64,000 nt of DNA from Promethearchaeota archaeon. GTDB lineage: Archaea; Asgardarchaeota; Lokiarchaeia; Sigyniarchaeales; SOKP01. Numbering within the stretch: the stretch's first letter is position 1; every line of letters begins with the position of its first letter. The position numbers and the translations under genes were made by a program. Location: the NCBI GenBank assembly GCA_048937405.1, contig JBHLNF010000002.1, forward strand, positions 64,001 through 128,000, given 5' to 3'. Under the pieces are notes generated by a model. That model saw nothing but the letters and a program-made list of their open reading frames with translations, had not been told where the DNA came from and searched no databases. Positions 60,049 to 64,000 of this stretch are shown in pieces.

Positions 60049-60921
60049 TTAAATTTCAATACTCGCTATATTCCCATCAAAAACTTTTTCAGCTGGACCT
60101 TCCATGAAAACAGTTCTCCCAGTATATGTGATTTTCAAATCCCCTCCGTCATTATGCACAATTATTGGTATATTTTTATTAAAAAGACCTAATATCGAAC
60201 CCGCTACAACACTAGCACAAGCTCCTGTTCCACATGATTTAGTAATACCTACACCTCTTTCAAATACTCGTACTATACTCTCTTCTTTGGAAATTACTTT
60301 CACAAATTCAACATTTGTTTTATTTGGAAAATGACGATTAGATTCTATTGCTGCTCCATACATATTCAATTTTTCATCATCAATATCTTCTTCAATAAAG
60401 ATAATGGCATGTGGATTTCCCATTGAGACGGCTGTAAAATTAAATATTTTATCTAAAACAACTAGCGGTTCATTAACACATCGATCTACTTTGCTTTCTA
60501 AAAGTACAGGGATTTCTTCACAATTCAAAATTGGTGGTCCCATATCAATTTCTACAGTTTTAACTTTGTTATTAACAACCGTGAGTTTAGCAACCATTAT
60601 TCCTTTGAGAGTCTCGATTTTAATCTTATCTTTCTTAACGATATTATTTTCATAGACATATTTTGAAAAGCACCTTATTCCATTTCCACACATCTCTGCT
60701 TCTGATCCGTCGTTGTTAAATATTCTCATTTTTACATCAGCATTTTGAGAGGTACATACAAAAATTAACCCATCTGCTCCGACTGAAAAATGAATTTCGC
60801 ATAATTTATGTGCTAACAAGGACCTATTATCCTCAGGAATCTCCCATTTAGAGTCATCAATGATAATATAATCATTTCCTAAGCCATGATATTTTCCAAA
60901 TTCCAAATTTTCTAATCTCAA
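60049..60921 (-). CDS. dapF: Diaminopimelate epimerase
   Basis: KYHGLGND, GADG, NNDGSEAEMCGNGIRC, SMGNPH, NVEF, ERGVG.T.SCGTGA. Confidence 0.96.
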   Translation of the reverse strand: MRLENLEFGKYHGLGNDYIIIDDSKWEIPEDNRSLLAHKLCEIHFSVGADGLIFVCTSQNADVKMRIFNNDGSEAEMCGNGIRCFSKYVYENNIVKKDKIKIETLKGIMVAKLTVVNNKVKTVEIDMGPPILNCEEIPVLLESKVDRCVNEPLVVLDKIFNFTAVSMGNPHAIIFIEEDIDDEKLNMYGAAIESNRHFPNKTNVEFVKVISKEESIVRVFERGVGITKSCGTGACASVVAGSILGLFNKNIPIIVHNDGGDLKITYTGRTVFMEGPAEKVFDGNIASIEI

Positions 60922-60994
60922 TTTGAAATCATTCCGAGTATTGATTAAACTTTATTTAATTTAATAATATCAACAATAAAATTTAAATGTTATT

Positions 60995-61018
60995 TGTGTA
61001 TATATACAAATATACACA
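60995..61018. promoter_or_regulatory. 9-bp inverted repeat TGTGTATAT-N6-ATATACACA (candidate operator)
   Basis: Perfect arms at 60995-61003 and 61010-61018, in the divergent dapF / TrmB-like regulator intergenic region. Confidence 0.5.
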
Positions 61019-61038
61019 TATCAATATAATTTTATTTC

Positions 61039-61956
61039 ATGAGAGAAGAGAATTTTGTTGAATTGTTAGAAAATATTGGACTAACTCATAATCAATCGTT
61101 AATCTATTTCACATTATTAAAAGCTGGGAAGAATGGAAGCATAGTACGTGAGTTAGATCATGCTACTGATATTAAAAGAACTAATATATACCCTATTTTA
61201 CATGAATTAATTGATCTTGGGTGTATTATTGAAGGGGGATATGCTGAAAAATCAAAAAATGCAACAATTTATATTGCAATTGAACCAAAAAAATTGGTTG
61301 ATCAACTCATTCAAAAAAAAAGAGATCAAATTGATCACTTACAAAGATTTAAAGAATCACATGTAAAATCATTGCAAACTATATTTCAAGAAGGCATTGA
61401 AATAATTCTTGATGATATTGATCCCATTTTGAAAAAGTATTTTGAACCACTAGTTATGACTGGTTGGAAAATACATTCCTACATTAAAAGAAAAGAGATT
61501 CCAATGCTTGATTATGAAGTCTATGACTGTATGCTCTATGCACCTCATGCTAGAGTTTTAAAAGACTGTAGCTTCCACTTGTTCATATTTGGTTATGAGA
61601 TACAAAATGATCCAAATACCCTCCAATTCTTTTCTCAAAATTTAAAGAGAAAAACGAAAGAAATAAAATCCTATTTTTTTGACATTAAACAAATTCAGTT
61701 ACTTGATGAAAAAGTTAAATTTTTCAATAATACGTTTCTAAGCTATAAAATGCTCGTTAAAACTAGTGACCTCAAGAATTCAAAATATTTTTCTGAGGAA
61801 TTAAAAGAAACTATAGATATGAAAAAAAATGAGTATTTTGAGATTGGAAAAGTAGTTATGATTCCTGCTAAGAATAAATTATTTTATTTATGGGCTGAAT
61901 CAAACCAAATTTTAAGTGAAATTATTGAACCCATAATTAGGATTGAAAAATTATGA
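61039..61956 (+). CDS. TrmB-family winged-helix transcriptional regulator with uncharacterised C-terminal domain
   Basis: LENIGLT..QS.IY.TLL...EL...TDIKRTNIY.IL.EL...G...Y.A..P. Confidence 0.8.
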   Translation: MREENFVELLENIGLTHNQSLIYFTLLKAGKNGSIVRELDHATDIKRTNIYPILHELIDLGCIIEGGYAEKSKNATIYIAIEPKKLVDQLIQKKRDQIDHLQRFKESHVKSLQTIFQEGIEIILDDIDPILKKYFEPLVMTGWKIHSYIKRKEIPMLDYEVYDCMLYAPHARVLKDCSFHLFIFGYEIQNDPNTLQFFSQNLKRKTKEIKSYFFDIKQIQLLDEKVKFFNNTFLSYKMLVKTSDLKNSKYFSEELKETIDMKKNEYFEIGKVVMIPAKNKLFYLWAESNQILSEIIEPIIRIEKL

Positions 61957-62159
61957 TTAACCTATATATGTTTCAAGGTATTTTTTAAAATGAATATACT
62001 ATTAATAATTATTAGGTTGATAAGTTTAATCTCTATCTTCAGTATATATATCCTATTAGGATTTTTTAATCCGTAAAAAAAAATCTAAAGTGAATTTTAA
62101 TTAATATTTTTAATTATAATTTACTATATTTTTTTTAACTAGAGAATATAACATCTATT

Positions 62160-62708
62160 ATGAATAATAAAAAGATATTTGTATCACTATTTTTGTTGTT
62201 CTTATTAGTTCCAATTACTAGTGTTACAGCAGATCCAAAAATAGAGAGTTTAAAAGATGGAAATTATATTTTTTTCCTAATCGATTTAGATGAGGATAGC
62301 CACCTTGAGTTAAATATTACTCGTAGTGGAAGTGGAAATTTCACTCTTTTTTTGTTTGATTCACGACCATCAGATTCATATGTAAATGAGGATAATTCTT
62401 TAAAACCAAATATTTTCACTCAATCTAAAACAGTTGATTATAGTCTAGATGATAATCCATATATCTTTTATACTGCTAACAAAAGTAAGATATACTATAT
62501 AGAAATCATACTTGTAAGCGGTGGACCAGATGCTTTTACTTTAACATATATGAGATATTTTGCCAATTATACCAAAAATGCTAAAGAATTAATAAGATAT
62601 TATCTCCCTATCATTCCTGGCTTTCAATTTGAATATATATTGATTTCACTTATTTTTACAATAGGAGTTGCCTATATTTTTTTATCAAAGAAGAAAATTC
62701 GAAAATAA
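62160..62708 (+). CDS. Secreted protein with Loki-CTERM-type anchor
   Basis: Signal peptide MNNKKIF...VTA, beta-rich domain, IIPGF-TM-KKKIRK tail. Confidence 0.75.
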   Translation: MNNKKIFVSLFLLFLLVPITSVTADPKIESLKDGNYIFFLIDLDEDSHLELNITRSGSGNFTLFLFDSRPSDSYVNEDNSLKPNIFTQSKTVDYSLDDNPYIFYTANKSKIYYIEIILVSGGPDAFTLTYMRYFANYTKNAKELIRYYLPIIPGFQFEYILISLIFTIGVAYIFLSKKKIRK

Positions 62709-62769
62709 AAAAAAATATAATCTAAATTTGTTTCCTACAGTTATTAATAATTAAAATCTAAAAAATTTC

Positions 62770-63753
62770 TTAATTACCTTCCCAGCCTGCTAATCTTGCA
62801 AAAAGATACCAACACCCATACGCTTTCAAATTAGCACTAAGAGGCTCCGAATGAACTGCTCCGCAATGATACCAATCACCACCATGATAATAATCATGAG
62901 CTGTATCTGAAGCACTTGTCATCTCAGTTTTCCCATCTACCCATTCTGTTGCCCAATTTCCTCCAACATAACTACAATCATCATTTACATTCTTATCAAG
63001 AAAATAGTTATCATCTGGATCATAACTTTCAATATCAGCAAAATCGAATAAGAATCTATTATGAGTCCTGCAGTGTTCTCGAATCATTTCATTTTGCAAA
63101 TTATTCGTTCCCCCTATTCCCTCTCCATCAACGTGACCAGTCATAAACACAAATTGTACCTCATTCGATGGATCTCTTCCTTTTGAACCTCCGGCTGAAT
63201 ACATAGCAATTAAATTTTCCATATGTTCAATATATTTTGTTACATTATGTCCCGCAATATTACACCAAGACCACATAATAACATTAGTTCCAGGATTATC
63301 CGTGTGATCTAAATATTCTTCTGTTGCTGCTGCCCACGCATCATCATTAGGATTTCCGAGGTCCTCTGCCCAAGTTGCTAAGAGAGTATCAGCAAAACCA
63401 CTATAAAAATCGAAAAACGCTAGAATTGAATCATCAGAGATCCCATCTTCACCAAATGCATAAGTACCATTACCTCCCATAAAGTATTCTAATCCCTCCA
63501 TACCATCAGTTAATTGACTTCCATGAGATGTATGTCCATAAGCAATATTAAGACTCTCTTTAGTAATATTTATCCATTCAATTGGAATAATCAATAAATC
63601 CTCCAAATGCGCATGATTATGGTTAATTATAAAAGTTCCTGAAGGTGATTGATCATTATCTTCAGATCCGCTATTTATCATCCCATAAACTATTACTCCA
63701 CCGATAGCTGCCACAAAGATTACTATTATAATAAAAATCGATTTCCCTTTCAT
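62770..63753 (-). CDS. Membrane-anchored extracellular hypothetical protein (possible SGNH-like hydrolase)
   Basis: N-terminal TM, acidic domain with AYGHTSHGSQL, MWSWC, FVFMTGH, LFDFADIESYDPD and C..HS..L motifs. Confidence 0.65.
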   Translation of the reverse strand: MKGKSIFIIIVIFVAAIGGVIVYGMINSGSEDNDQSPSGTFIINHNHAHLEDLLIIPIEWINITKESLNIAYGHTSHGSQLTDGMEGLEYFMGGNGTYAFGEDGISDDSILAFFDFYSGFADTLLATWAEDLGNPNDDAWAAATEEYLDHTDNPGTNVIMWSWCNIAGHNVTKYIEHMENLIAMYSAGGSKGRDPSNEVQFVFMTGHVDGEGIGGTNNLQNEMIREHCRTHNRFLFDFADIESYDPDDNYFLDKNVNDDCSYVGGNWATEWVDGKTEMTSASDTAHDYYHGGDWYHCGAVHSEPLSANLKAYGCWYLFARLAGWEGN

Positions 63754-64000
63754 AAAATATCAGTTTTTAGCAAAATCAATTAAATTCATATTTTTAATAT
63801 ACATAATGTATCGAATATTAAAATTTAATTAAACTTCATTTAGGAATCAATTAGCATTTGTTTTTTACACATCTAAGGCTATTTCTACAAATATAGCAAG
63901 CAGAAATATCTAATGACGAAAATCGACATATATGTCTTATAAATCATTGAAGATTTCAATAAACAAATTTTATATTTTTTATAATGTTTTTTTCTACATC

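Overview
A 64-kb AT-rich chromosomal segment of an anaerobic archaeon, most likely Lokiarchaeia (Asgard). The evidence is GGTGA/GGAGG Shine-Dalgarno sites, a tRNA with a bulge-helix-bulge (BHB) intron, IPG(Y/F)-TM-basic 'Loki-CTERM'-type sorting tails, an MglA-type GTPase and multi-PAS kinases; the taxonomy is an inference. It carries mostly core and metabolic genes: hdrA-mvhD/metV/metF, a second metV-metF pair, iorA-iorB, an hsp20-cdc48-regulator operon, dapA/dapB/dapF/lysA, two ABC-2 exporters, three PAS histidine kinases, an orphan N6-adenine methyltransferase and a 20-repeat BspA/DUF285 surface protein. No CRISPR array, rRNA, transposase or integrase was seen. The main finding is that iorB is interrupted at its conserved GSE|xHG motif by a 30-nt, stop-containing hairpin (17582-17611). 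The hairpin and the base-paired flanking exons have BHB-like splice geometry, making it a candidate tRNA-type intron in an Asgard protein-coding mRNA. The same window holds a tRNA-Pro(UGG) with a non-canonical 25/26 BHB intron, which implies a suitable splicing endonuclease. Other points: a 93-bp duplicated gene 3' end bracketing a 3.1-kb cargo gene, a GC-rich probably horizontally acquired flavin oxidoreductase, two genes that appear to start at ATA, and a 56-aa ORF missed by the ORF track.
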